Source: an uncultured Bacilli bacterium (GTDB lineage: Bacteria; Bacillota_I; Bacilli_A; RFN20; CAG-826). Taken from it: a stretch of 45,071 nucleotides of DNA. Shown here one piece after another: positions 7,990 through 16,440 of this stretch. The stretch is taken from positions 1 through 45,071 of the forward strand of contig CALVUG010000005.1 in NCBI GenBank assembly GCA_944363535.1, written 5' to 3'. Under the pieces are notes generated by a model, which worked only from the letters and a program-made list of their open reading frames with translations, had not been told where the DNA came from and made no database searches. Each line of letters opens with the position of its first letter. Position 1 is the first letter of the stretch. Position numbers and translations under genes: made by a program.

Positions 7990-9186
7990 TTACTGCTCAA
8001 CGTAAGGATGTGAAGCGATATATTTTTTAATCTCTTCGACCTTATCAAGTCTTTCCCAAGGCAGGTCTAATTCAAGATGGAAGAAGGCTGAATAATTCGA
8101 AGTATCGCGGTAAGAAAAAGATGGTTGATGTAAAGAGAAATTTTTGATGATGAGACCTGGTCTAGTTGGAAAGATATGACGCACTAAGCTAATGAGATAA
8201 TCATCGCTATAAGGTGAAGTCTTAAAAGTTTCGATCATCAAAGATAAAGCATCTTTTTGACCGATGACGTAAGATAATTCAATTTCAAGACGCTTCGCTA
8301 CTCCAGCAGCCACTAAGTTTTTAGCGATGTAACGAGCTAAATAAGCTGCACTTCGATCAACTTTTGATGGGTCTTTGCCGGAAAAAGAGCCACCACCGTG
8401 ACGAGCAAAGCCACCGTAAGTATCGACGATAATCTTTCTTCCAGTTAAGCCAGTATCGCCAAGTGGCCCACCTAGTACAAAGGAACCAGAAACGTTGATG
8501 TAAGGCGTAAAATCACGGTTTAGATGATATTTATCGATGATCGGATAAATAACTTCTTCTAACACGTATTTTTTAAAATGTTCATCCGCAGCATGGGGGT
8601 CGTGTTGGATGGACATGACGACGCTTATAACTTTAGGTTCTTTACCTTTTTCATATTGGACGCTTACTTCTGATTTCATATCAGGTCTTGCCCCTTTAAA
8701 GTCACCGCTTTTTCTTAGTTTCGAGGCTCTTTTCACTAATTCGATAGCAAGAAGATGCGCTAAAGGTAAATAAGCTTCCGTCTCATTGGTAGCGTAACCA
8801 AACATGATACCTTGATCACCTGCTCCTAAGTTTTCGATATTGATATCGTTAACGGCATCTGCGATTTCCTTCGATTGGGTGTGAATATGATTTTCGATGA
8901 TGACATCACGGTAATTTAATAAACCGACATCGTCACGATCGTAACCGATATCTTTGATGACTTCTTTAGCGATACTTTCATAATCGATGGTGATGTTTGG
9001 TTTACTAAAAGAAATCTCTCCTCCTAAAATCAAAAGCTTTTCAATGAACATACATTCGCACGCTACATGAGCGAGACTATCTTTAGCTAGACATGCATCT
9101 AAAATTGCATCTGCGATTTGATCGCACACCTTATCTGGATGCCCTTCTGCTACACATTCTGAAGTATAAATTTTTCTTTTTGCCAT
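7990..9186 (-). CDS. metK: S-adenosylmethionine synthetase
   Basis: TSECVAEGHPDK, GAGDQGIMFGYA, GGPLGDTGLTGRKIIVDTYGG, HGGGSFSGKDPSKVDRS. Confidence 0.97.
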   Translation of the reverse strand: MAKRKIYTSECVAEGHPDKVCDQIADAILDACLAKDSLAHVACECMFIEKLLILGGEISFSKPNITIDYESIAKEVIKDIGYDRDDVGLLNYRDVIIENHIHTQSKEIADAVNDINIENLGAGDQGIMFGYATNETEAYLPLAHLLAIELVKRASKLRKSGDFKGARPDMKSEVSVQYEKGKEPKVISVVMSIQHDPHAADEHFKKYVLEEVIYPIIDKYHLNRDFTPYINVSGSFVLGGPLGDTGLTGRKIIVDTYGGFARHGGGSFSGKDPSKVDRSAAYLARYIAKNLVAAGVAKRLEIELSYVIGQKDALSLMIETFKTSPYSDDYLISLVRHIFPTRPGLIIKNFSLHQPSFSYRDTSNYSAFFHLELDLPWERLDKVEEIKKYIASHPYVEQ

Positions 9187-9210
9187 CTTCTTTTTCCCTC
9201 CTATATATGA

Positions 9211-9240
9211 ATAAAGGCTTCCTCAATGAGAGAAAGCCCA
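9211..9240 (-). terminator. Riboswitch expression-platform terminator in the metK leader
   Basis: Minus strand GGCTTTCTC-tcatt-GAGGAAGCC-TTTATT. Its 5' arm TTTCTCTCAT is complementary to ATGAGAGGAA in the aptamer 3' strand (antiterminator). Confidence 0.75.
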
Positions 9241-9264
9241 TAATTTATTTTTTAATTTGTTCCT

Positions 9265-9354
9265 CTCATCGTCATCTGAGGCGAGCACTTACTAATCGGA
9301 TTTCATTAGAGTTGCTACTATCTTTTTAAGCCTCGAAAGATAGTTCTTGATGAG
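9265..9354 (-). ncRNA. SAM-I (S-box)-like riboswitch aptamer, compact variant
   Basis: P1 CTCATC/GATGAG, J1/2 AAGA, P2 ACTATCTTT/AAAGATAGT, P3 AGCAAC...AAGTGCT, pseudoknot GAGGC/GCCTC; lies 5' of metK. Confidence 0.8.
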
Positions 9355-9410
9355 GCAAACTTGCGTTTGCTTATTTATAATTATGCTTATTTAGAAAAAT
9401 TTATCAATAT

Positions 9411-9983
9411 TTATTTGATAAGTTCACCATAAACTTCACCACTTAAGTGCGCGGCATTAGCTTCGTCGGTGTCGATATGCATCGCTAAAGCGAACTTTTC
9501 GCTCACGCGGATGACGACATCATCATAAATTAAAGAACGATCAGCACTTGTGACTTTAACCTTGACGACATCGCGGTCCTTAACGCCATATTCTTCCGCA
9601 TCTTTTGGCGTCATATGGATATGTCTTTTGGCGACGATGACACCATTTTCTAAAGTGACGCTACCGGCTGGACCAACTAAAGTGATACCAGGAGTATTAT
9701 CGGTATCACCGCTTAATCTAACTGGAACGTTAGAAAGGCCTAAAGTCCTCGCATCCGTCAAAGAAATTTCCACTTGGTTACGACTTCTTACTGGTCCTAA
9801 GATACTCACGCCTGAAATCGTTTTCTTTGGTCCGACTAAATCAAGTCTTACATCACTTGCGAATTGACCAGGTTGAGAAAGCATCTTTTTGACGCCTAAT
9901 TCATCTTTACCAGTTAAAATTTTTAAGGTTTCTAAGGTGACATGTACATGTCTTGCACTTGTTTCAACTAAAATTTTATTCAT
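9411..9983 (-). CDS. pduL: Phosphate propanoyltransferase/phosphotransacylase (PduL family)
   Basis: SARHVH, LSQPGQFA, GPVR..NQVEISLTDARTLG, VAKRHIHM, MHIDTDEANAA. Confidence 0.93.
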   Translation of the reverse strand: MNKILVETSARHVHVTLETLKILTGKDELGVKKMLSQPGQFASDVRLDLVGPKKTISGVSILGPVRSRNQVEISLTDARTLGLSNVPVRLSGDTDNTPGITLVGPAGSVTLENGVIVAKRHIHMTPKDAEEYGVKDRDVVKVKVTSADRSLIYDDVVIRVSEKFALAMHIDTDEANAAHLSGEVYGELIK

Positions 9984-10151
9984 AAATTCATTTCTCCCTT
10001 CATTCCTAATATTATAGAGATTAACAATCTAAACTCAAATAATTTGAATTGTTATCATCACTATTAAATAACTTTTGTTAAACCTAACTTCCTATGCATT
10101 TCACTTTTAGTGTCGCCACTAACACCAGCTAAGAAAAGTATCATTTTTTAA

Positions 10152-10180
10152 TTGAATAATTTCATCGTTCACTTTATAAT
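10152..10180 (+). promoter_or_regulatory. Promoter of tRNA-Leu(GAG)
   Basis: TTGAAT-17 nt-TATAAT, 10 nt before the tRNA. Confidence 0.75.
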
Positions 10181-10190
10181 AACTAACGCT

Positions 10191-10275
<85 letters not shown>

Positions 10276-10283
10276 AATAAGTG

Positions 10284-10313
10284 AAAAAAAGTAGGCCTTA
10301 TGGCCTACATTTT
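10284..10313. terminator. Bidirectional terminator between tRNA-Leu and the M3 peptidase
   Basis: A7-GTAGGCC-TTAT-GGCCTAC-ATTTT between convergent genes. Confidence 0.75.
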
Positions 10314-12011
10314 ATTATCATCAACTGCATTTAAGTAACGTTTGACTGGGCCAAGCGCTTTTTTAATATTACCATCTTCGAAAGGAATTCTTAATCCAGC
10401 ATGTTTTAACAATGACTTAAATGGATACTTTCCACCCATGCGACATAATTTGACGTACTTTTTAAACGCTTTTTCGCGGTTTAATGCGAAACGATGGAAG
10501 AATTCGAACGCCACTACTTGCGCTAAGGTGTAATCGATGTAATAGAACGGGGAAGAATAGATGTGACCTTGTCTCATCCAATAACCACCTTTCGCTAAGA
10601 ATGGTTCATCAGAATAATCTTTAAAATATAAATATTTTTGTTCGATCTTTTTCCAAGTAGCGCATCTTTCTTCATGCGTCATCTCCGGATGAGCGTAAAC
10701 TTCATGTTGGAATTCATCGACGCTTGCTCCATATGGTAAAAATAAGACCGCATCCGCGAGATGGGAGAAACGATATTTATCGACTTGATTGCCGAAGAAA
10801 TCATCCATCCACGGCCAAGAGATAAATTCCATGCTCATCGAATGAATTTCGCACGCTTCTAAAGTTGGACTACGGTAAGCAGGAACGCTGATGGAAGAAG
10901 ATTCGTAGCCTTGAAAGGCGTGACCCATCTCATGCGTCAAAGTAGCGACGTCTTCTTTCGTCCCGTTAAAATTTGCGAAGACAAAAGGCGCTTTATAAAG
11001 CGGGAAATAAGTCATATAACCACCCATATCTTTTCCAGGTCTAGCCTCTAAATCCATGAGATGATGATCGAGCATAAAATTGAAGAATTCGCCGGTGACA
11101 ATAGACATCTCTTCATACATCTTCTTTGCTTTTAACACGAGTTCGTCTTTCGTTCCAACCGGAGTAGCGTTCCCATCTTTAAAAGTGAGACTATAATCGT
11201 AATATTTTGGATTTTTAATGCCGACTCTTTTCAATTGACGGCTAAATAACTTCGCGGCGAGAGGAACGACGTCCTTAGCGATTTGATTGCGGTAGGCTTC
11301 TACTTCTTTTGCGTCATAGTCTAATCGACCGAGACGAAGGTAACCTAATTCGATATAATTTTTGAAACCAAGTTTTTTTGCCATCTCATCGCGAAGCCTT
11401 ACAAGGTCATCATAAATTTTTGCAAGGCTCGCTTCATTTTCTTGATAAAATTTATAGTAAGCATGCGCGGCTTCCTTCCTAGTTTCACGGTCTAAATCTT
11501 CCATGTGCTTAGCAATGCCAGCAAGATTTAAAATTTCCCCTCTAAAAGGAATTTTTGCCCCAGCGATAATTTGGCTACGTTTCATCACTAAATCATTTTC
11601 TAAGACGAGTTCTTCGATGATGGACGGATCAAAAGTTTTTAAACCAACTTCCACCATTTGGAAATAATATTCACCAAACTTAGCTTTTAAATCATTTAAA
11701 AATGGTGACTTCATCAACGATTTTTCAAATTCGTTTTGATAATTGCTCACTAAGGGGGAAACTTTATTTAACTGATCCATCAATTTGACAAGTTTTGGGT
11801 CATCCGTCTTCAATGTAAAATTGACGTTAATGGTCGTAAATTCAGTCGAGATCTTATCGATGTAACGGAAGTAAGCTTTCAAAGTTTTAATAGCTTCTTC
11901 TTTAGTTTTAGCGTTTTCTAAATTTTCCTTTAAAGAAGTAAACTTCTTTTCAATCGCCTTAATGTTTGGCTTTTTTAAAGGAAATTGTTCAAATGTTAAA
12001 TTCGTTTGCAT
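10305..12011 (-). CDS. M3 family oligoendopeptidase (PepF-like)
   Basis: Zinc motif HEMGH, EIHSMSMEF, HIYSSPFYYIDYTLAQ. Confidence 0.93.
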   Translation of the reverse strand: MQTNLTFEQFPLKKPNIKAIEKKFTSLKENLENAKTKEEAIKTLKAYFRYIDKISTEFTTINVNFTLKTDDPKLVKLMDQLNKVSPLVSNYQNEFEKSLMKSPFLNDLKAKFGEYYFQMVEVGLKTFDPSIIEELVLENDLVMKRSQIIAGAKIPFRGEILNLAGIAKHMEDLDRETRKEAAHAYYKFYQENEASLAKIYDDLVRLRDEMAKKLGFKNYIELGYLRLGRLDYDAKEVEAYRNQIAKDVVPLAAKLFSRQLKRVGIKNPKYYDYSLTFKDGNATPVGTKDELVLKAKKMYEEMSIVTGEFFNFMLDHHLMDLEARPGKDMGGYMTYFPLYKAPFVFANFNGTKEDVATLTHEMGHAFQGYESSSISVPAYRSPTLEACEIHSMSMEFISWPWMDDFFGNQVDKYRFSHLADAVLFLPYGASVDEFQHEVYAHPEMTHEERCATWKKIEQKYLYFKDYSDEPFLAKGGYWMRQGHIYSSPFYYIDYTLAQVVAFEFFHRFALNREKAFKKYVKLCRMGGKYPFKSLLKHAGLRIPFEDGNIKKALGPVKRYLNAVDDNKM

Positions 12012-12022
12012 ATTTTTTACTC

Positions 12023-12586
12023 CTATCTAATCGTTTCTTTTTTCTTGAAACGTAACATTTTAAAAAGGTAACGAAATAAAAACCCTCTTATCCAATAATT
12101 GTAGCCATTCACGTCTAGATTATAAGAGGCGACGAGACGACGATATTCATCTTCGCTCTTCAAATAAGATTCTTTGAAAGCAAGATAATTTTTATCATTG
12201 TAATATTTATCGAGTTGTTCGACGTAAAAAACTAGATGAGCTTTCGCATCGTTTAAAGTTTTAAGATAATCTAAACGTTTACTTTCATCGATATTAGAAG
12301 TATCTAATTCTCTTAAACTATTTATCAAGGATAAATATTCTTTCGGTAATTCCAATTTCTTTTCTTTAAAATATTCCTCAATTTTCGTTAGTAACGTATA
12401 CCTTTGGTTAATTTGTAGACATATAGCCTTATATTTTGCTTTCATCTTTCCTTTGAAAGAAAGGACGAAACATAACGAGATGATAAATGTTAGTAGATAG
12501 AATCCCATGATAGAGCAGACAACAGCGATGATCGTAATTTGCCACCAAGTTAACGAAGTAAATGTTAGAAGGTTATTAAAATTCAT
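12023..12586 (-). CDS. Membrane-anchored LemA-like hypothetical protein
   Basis: N-terminal TM, helical body, QRY.LL and YN..V..YN..I..F pattern reminiscent of LemA. Confidence 0.55.
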   Translation of the reverse strand: MNFNNLLTFTSLTWWQITIIAVVCSIMGFYLLTFIISLCFVLSFKGKMKAKYKAICLQINQRYTLLTKIEEYFKEKKLELPKEYLSLINSLRELDTSNIDESKRLDYLKTLNDAKAHLVFYVEQLDKYYNDKNYLAFKESYLKSEDEYRRLVASYNLDVNGYNYWIRGFLFRYLFKMLRFKKKETIR

Positions 12587-12680
12587 ACGCTATTCATTTT
12601 AGCATAGATTAACTAAGATATATTCACTAAATTTGCACATTTTAGTATAAATGTGCTACACTAAATAGCGAGGAAATAAC

Positions 12681-13523
12681 ATGAGAAAAAAACCAATCGT
12701 CGCTATTCTTTACGACTTCGATAAAACTTTATGTCGTGAAGACATGCAAAATTTTACTTTCATTCCAAATTTAGGAATGACTCCTCAAGAATTTTGGGGC
12801 AAAACCGGCGAATTTTCGCGCAAGGAAAACGTCGAACGTATTCTTTCTTATATGTATATGATGATCAAAGAATCGAAAGAAAAAGGCATCAAATTGACGA
12901 AAGAATATCTCAATGACCTAGGAAAAGAAATCAACTACTTCGATGGTGTCGTCACTTGGTTTAAAAGAATTAATGACTACGGAAAATCAAAAGGTATCAA
13001 AGTCGAACATTATCTCGTCTCAAGTGGCACGAAAGAAATCATCGATGGAACGATCATCGCTAAAGAATTTAAAGCGATTTATGGCTGCGAATTTCTTTAC
13101 GATGAAAAGACTAAAGAACCTATCTGGCCTAAGATGGCTATCAATTACACCCAAAAGACGCAATACGTCTTCCGCGTTTCTAAAGGCGTCTTAAATGCTT
13201 ACGAAGATGATAAGGTCAATGAAAAATCGCAGGAAAGAAGAATTCCTTACCGTAACATCATCTATCTCGGCGATGGGATGACTGATATCCCCTGCATGGT
13301 CCTCGTCAAAGAAAATGGCGGGCGTTCGATCGCCGTCTATCCGAAAGGTAAAAAAGAACTCGTCCAAAAATTATTTAACGATGGAAGAGTCAATTACATC
13401 TGCCCAGCGGATTATCGTAACGGTTCACAAATTGACCACGTCATCAAACTGACAATCGACGCCATTAGCATTTCCGATGAGATGAGCCGACGCGAAGCTA
13501 AACTTTCCCCGAAGGTAAAATAA
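12681..13523 (+). CDS. HAD superfamily hydrolase
   Basis: YDFDKTL, LVSSG, KTQY, IYLGDGMTDIPCM. Confidence 0.88.
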   Translation: MRKKPIVAILYDFDKTLCREDMQNFTFIPNLGMTPQEFWGKTGEFSRKENVERILSYMYMMIKESKEKGIKLTKEYLNDLGKEINYFDGVVTWFKRINDYGKSKGIKVEHYLVSSGTKEIIDGTIIAKEFKAIYGCEFLYDEKTKEPIWPKMAINYTQKTQYVFRVSKGVLNAYEDDKVNEKSQERRIPYRNIIYLGDGMTDIPCMVLVKENGGRSIAVYPKGKKELVQKLFNDGRVNYICPADYRNGSQIDHVIKLTIDAISISDEMSRREAKLSPKVK

Positions 13524-13525
13524 TT

Positions 13526-14203
13526 ATGAATTTTGCGGTCCTTCTTGCCGGTGGAAAAGGTGAAAGATTACGTAACGAATTAGAAAAGCCATTCGTCACT
13601 ATCTTAGATAGACCGCTATTTTCTTATCCCTTAGAGCTCTTTGAAAAAGAAACTTCTATCGATTACATCGTCTTAGTGATCAATCCAGAAAAAGAAGAAA
13701 TTTATCGCAATTACATTAACGAACATAATCTTTCGAAAATTTTAACGATCATCGAAGGCGGTAAGACTAGACACTCATCTTCTAAGAACGCTCTATCGTT
13801 TTTAAAAGACGTCGTACAAGATGATGATTACATTATCTTCCACGATGTCGCTCGTGCATTCTTACATGCAGATGATTTAAAAGATTTTCTTTTAGAATTA
13901 AAAAATCATCTTGCTCTATCGATGGCTTCCCCTTTAAAAGATACAATCGTACAAATAAAAGAAGAAGCTATCGAACAATATTTGAACCGCGATGAATTGA
14001 AGATTATCGAAACTCCGCAAGCATTTAAAGCTAAACCCTTATTAGAAGCTTATAAGAAAGCAAAGAATTCAGATTATAGCGACAATACGAAAGTATTTTT
14101 AGAAGCCGGACATAAGATCGACTTATTCTTTTCAAAACATCCGAACATCAAAATTACTACACCTGACGATTTGGAATTATTTAAGGCTTACTTAGGAGGA
14201 TAA
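13526..14203 (+). CDS. ispD: IspD/TarI family cytidylyltransferase
   Basis: LLAGGKGERL, GGKTRHSS, HDVAR, ETPQAF, NIKITTPDDL; ispF also present in the window. Confidence 0.8.
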   Translation: MNFAVLLAGGKGERLRNELEKPFVTILDRPLFSYPLELFEKETSIDYIVLVINPEKEEIYRNYINEHNLSKILTIIEGGKTRHSSSKNALSFLKDVVQDDDYIIFHDVARAFLHADDLKDFLLELKNHLALSMASPLKDTIVQIKEEAIEQYLNRDELKIIETPQAFKAKPLLEAYKKAKNSDYSDNTKVFLEAGHKIDLFFSKHPNIKITTPDDLELFKAYLGG

Positions 14204-14207
14204 AACA

Positions 14208-14597
14208 ATGGAAGTAGGGTCTTTAATTATCGGAAAAATCAATCGCATCGTTCCTTATGGGGCTTTCCTCGAATTCGATGAAGGCTACCGCGGTCTTTTG
14301 CACATCTCTGAAATGTCCAAAAAATTTATAAGAGACATCAACCGCTTCGCCCACGTCGATGATGAAATCAAAGTCAAAGTCTTAGAAGTCGATGAGGAGC
14401 ACAAATTCTTGCACGTCTCATTAAAACAAGTGCCTTTGAATGAAAAAATGCTCAAAAGAGACGGAAAACTTGTCGAAATTAAGAAAAATCCAATAAAAAC
14501 TGTGGACATTTCCAAACTTCAAGATAAACTTGATGAGTGGGTAGACGCTACCTTGGAGGAAAATATCACAGATGATGAAGATAAATCTCACACATAG
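14208..14597 (+). CDS. S1 RNA-binding protein (YugI/GSP13/CvfD-like)
   Basis: GKINRIVPYGAF...GLLHISEMS...IKVKVLEVD S1 fold; adjacent to pgi as in Bacilli. Confidence 0.85.
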   Translation: MEVGSLIIGKINRIVPYGAFLEFDEGYRGLLHISEMSKKFIRDINRFAHVDDEIKVKVLEVDEEHKFLHVSLKQVPLNEKMLKRDGKLVEIKKNPIKTVDISKLQDKLDEWVDATLEENITDDEDKSHT

Positions 14598-15849
14598 TCA
14601 AATCGACTTAAACGAATTAAATCTCGAAGAAAAAGTTCAAAAAATCGATGAGATGATCACGAAGAAAACTGGAGCCGGGAACGACTTTTTAGGCTGGGTT
14701 GATTATCCTTTACACGTCGATCAAGTTGAACTTAAACAAATCAAAGAAGACGCTAAGTACGTTAGAGAACATTTCGACACCTTAGTGGTCTGTGGAATTG
14801 GTGGATCTTATCTCGGGGCTCGTGCAGTGTATGAAGCCTTGAAAGGTCTATATCCTGAAGACCCTTTTAAAATTATTTTCTTAGGGCAAACTTTTTCAGG
14901 TACTTACATCGAACAAGTTTTACGTGTCTTAAAGCGAAGAAAATTTGCCATTAACGTCATCTCAAAAAGTGGGACGACGACCGAAACTTCGATCGCTTTC
15001 CGCTTGGTGAAAAAACTTTTAGTTGAACAAATTGGTGATGAAGAAGAAGCTAAGAAAGCTATCTTCATTACGACCGATAAAGAAAAAGGACTTTTAAGAC
15101 CGTTAGAAAAAGATGGCTACCGCACTTATACTTTACCTTCTGATATCGGTGGCCGTTATAGTGTCTTTACCCCAGTCGGTTTATTCCCTTTAGCCTGCGC
15201 AAACATCGACGTCGATGCTTTACTTTTAGGTGCAAAAGAAGCGATGCAATTATATTCAAACCCAAGTCTAAAAGAAAATAGTTGCTACCAATACGCCTTA
15301 ACGCGTTACGCGATGAAAGAAAAACTTGCAAAGCAAGTTGAATTATTCGTCACCTACGAACCACATTATCAAATGCTCAGCGAATGGCTCAAACAACTCT
15401 TCGGCGAATCGGAAGGTAAAGATCACTTAGGTATCTATCCTGCAAGTTGTTGTTTTTCCACCGATTTACATTCGCTCGGCCAATTTATTCAAGACGGTAA
15501 TCCTTTACTTTTTGAAACGATCATCTACATCGATTCCCCACTTCATGACGTAACTATCGCCAAAGATGAAAAAGATGAAGATCAACTTAATTATCTTGCC
15601 GGTAAAAATTTAGCGTTCGTCAACGAAAAAGCTTTCTTAGGGACACTCGACGCTCACGCTAATAGCGGTAACGTGCCTTGCATTGTCATCGAATTAGATA
15701 AGTTAGACGAAAGAACTTTAGGTCACCTACTTTACTTCTTCATGCGCGCTTGTGCAATGGCCTGCTATTTACTCGACATCAATCCTTTCAATCAACCGGG
15801 AGTGGAAGTCTATAAGAAGAACATGTTTAAACTCCTCGGAAAAAAGTAA
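14572..15849 (+). CDS. pgi: Glucose-6-phosphate isomerase
   Basis: GIGGSYLG, VISKSGTTTE, DIGGRYSV, KQLFGESEGK, NPFNQPGVEVYK. Confidence 0.97.
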   Translation: MMKINLTHSQIDLNELNLEEKVQKIDEMITKKTGAGNDFLGWVDYPLHVDQVELKQIKEDAKYVREHFDTLVVCGIGGSYLGARAVYEALKGLYPEDPFKIIFLGQTFSGTYIEQVLRVLKRRKFAINVISKSGTTTETSIAFRLVKKLLVEQIGDEEEAKKAIFITTDKEKGLLRPLEKDGYRTYTLPSDIGGRYSVFTPVGLFPLACANIDVDALLLGAKEAMQLYSNPSLKENSCYQYALTRYAMKEKLAKQVELFVTYEPHYQMLSEWLKQLFGESEGKDHLGIYPASCCFSTDLHSLGQFIQDGNPLLFETIIYIDSPLHDVTIAKDEKDEDQLNYLAGKNLAFVNEKAFLGTLDAHANSGNVPCIVIELDKLDERTLGHLLYFFMRACAMACYLLDINPFNQPGVEVYKKNMFKLLGKK

Positions 15850-15872
15850 GATATTTTTCTAAAAAATAGAGT

Positions 15873-15901
15873 TTGACGAAAGCCTGGCTAGGTGCTATTA
15901 T
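15873..15901 (+). promoter_or_regulatory. Promoter of the tRNA operon
   Basis: TTGACG-17 nt-TATTAT with extended -10 TG. Confidence 0.8.
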
Positions 15902-15926
15902 TAACAAGCACGTGCACTGGGCTAAC

Positions 15927-16002
15927 GGATGCTTAGCTCAGCTGGGAGAGCATCGCTTTTACACGGCGAGGGTCGGGAGTTCAATCCTCTCAGCATCCAC
16001 CA
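15927..16002 (+). tRNA. tRNA-Val(TAC)
   Basis: Cloverleaf, anticodon arm TCGCT-ttTACac-GGCGA, CCA end. Confidence 0.95.
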
Positions 16003-16009
16003 CACATTC

Positions 16010-16093
16010 GGAGGAATAGCGAAGTGGCCAAACGCGGCTGACTGTAAATCAGTTCCTTAGGGTTCGGTGGTTCAAATCCACCTTCCTCCACCA
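16010..16093 (+). tRNA. tRNA-Tyr(GTA)
   Basis: Anticodon loop ctGTAaa, variable arm, GGTGG-TTCAAAT-CCACC, CCA end. Confidence 0.95.
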
Positions 16094-16105
16094 TACCTCC
16101 TTTCT

Positions 16106-16180
16106 TGGGGTGTAGCCAAGAGGTAAGGCAACAGACTTTGACTCTGTCATTCGCTGGTTCGATCCCAGCCACCCCAGCCA
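16106..16180 (+). tRNA. tRNA-Gln(TTG)
   Basis: TGGGGTG...CACCCCA acceptor, anticodon arm ACAGA-ctTTGac-TCTGT, CCA end. Confidence 0.95.
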
Positions 16181-16190
16181 GTGTACAAAT

Positions 16191-16266
16191 CTCCCGTTAG
16201 CTCAGTCGGTAGAGCACTTGACTTTTAATCAAGGGGTCATAAGTTCGAATCTTATACGGGAGACCA
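16191..16266 (+). tRNA. tRNA-Lys(TTT)
   Basis: CTCCCGT/ACGGGAG acceptor, anticodon arm CTTGA-ctTTTaa-TCAAG, CCA end. Confidence 0.94.
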
Positions 16267-16275
16267 AATGAACTT

Positions 16276-16362
16276 GCCCTGGTGGCGAAACTGGTAGACG
16301 CACAGGACTTAAAATCCTGGGGTAGCGATACCGTGTCGGTTCGATTCCGACCCAGGGCACCA
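16276..16362 (+). tRNA. tRNA-Leu(TAA)
   Basis: GCCCTGG/CCAGGGC acceptor, CAGGA-ctTAAaa-TCCTG, long variable arm, CCA end. Confidence 0.95.
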
Positions 16363-16371
16363 GCTCCTTTT

Positions 16372-16403
16372 AAAAATTTCCTTACGTAAGTAGGGAATTT
16401 TTT
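16372..16403 (+). terminator. Terminator of the tRNA operon
   Basis: AAAAATTTCCTTAC-GTAA-GTAGGGAATTTTTT hairpin. Confidence 0.75.
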
Positions 16404-16440
16404 ATAGATTATGTATACTAGAAAAGGAAGGAACTAACTC

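Noticed and set aside
9093-9329. 78-aa plus-strand ORF
   Set aside because: Antisense to the metK start and riboswitch, with no coding signal.
10107-10122. Small hairpin TTAGTG-TCGC-CACTAA between pduL and tRNA-Leu
   Set aside because: Only a 6-bp stem with no associated gene end or recognisable RNA motif, so there is insufficient support.
15990-16172. 60-aa minus-strand ORF
   Set aside because: Antisense shadow of tRNA-Tyr/Gln.
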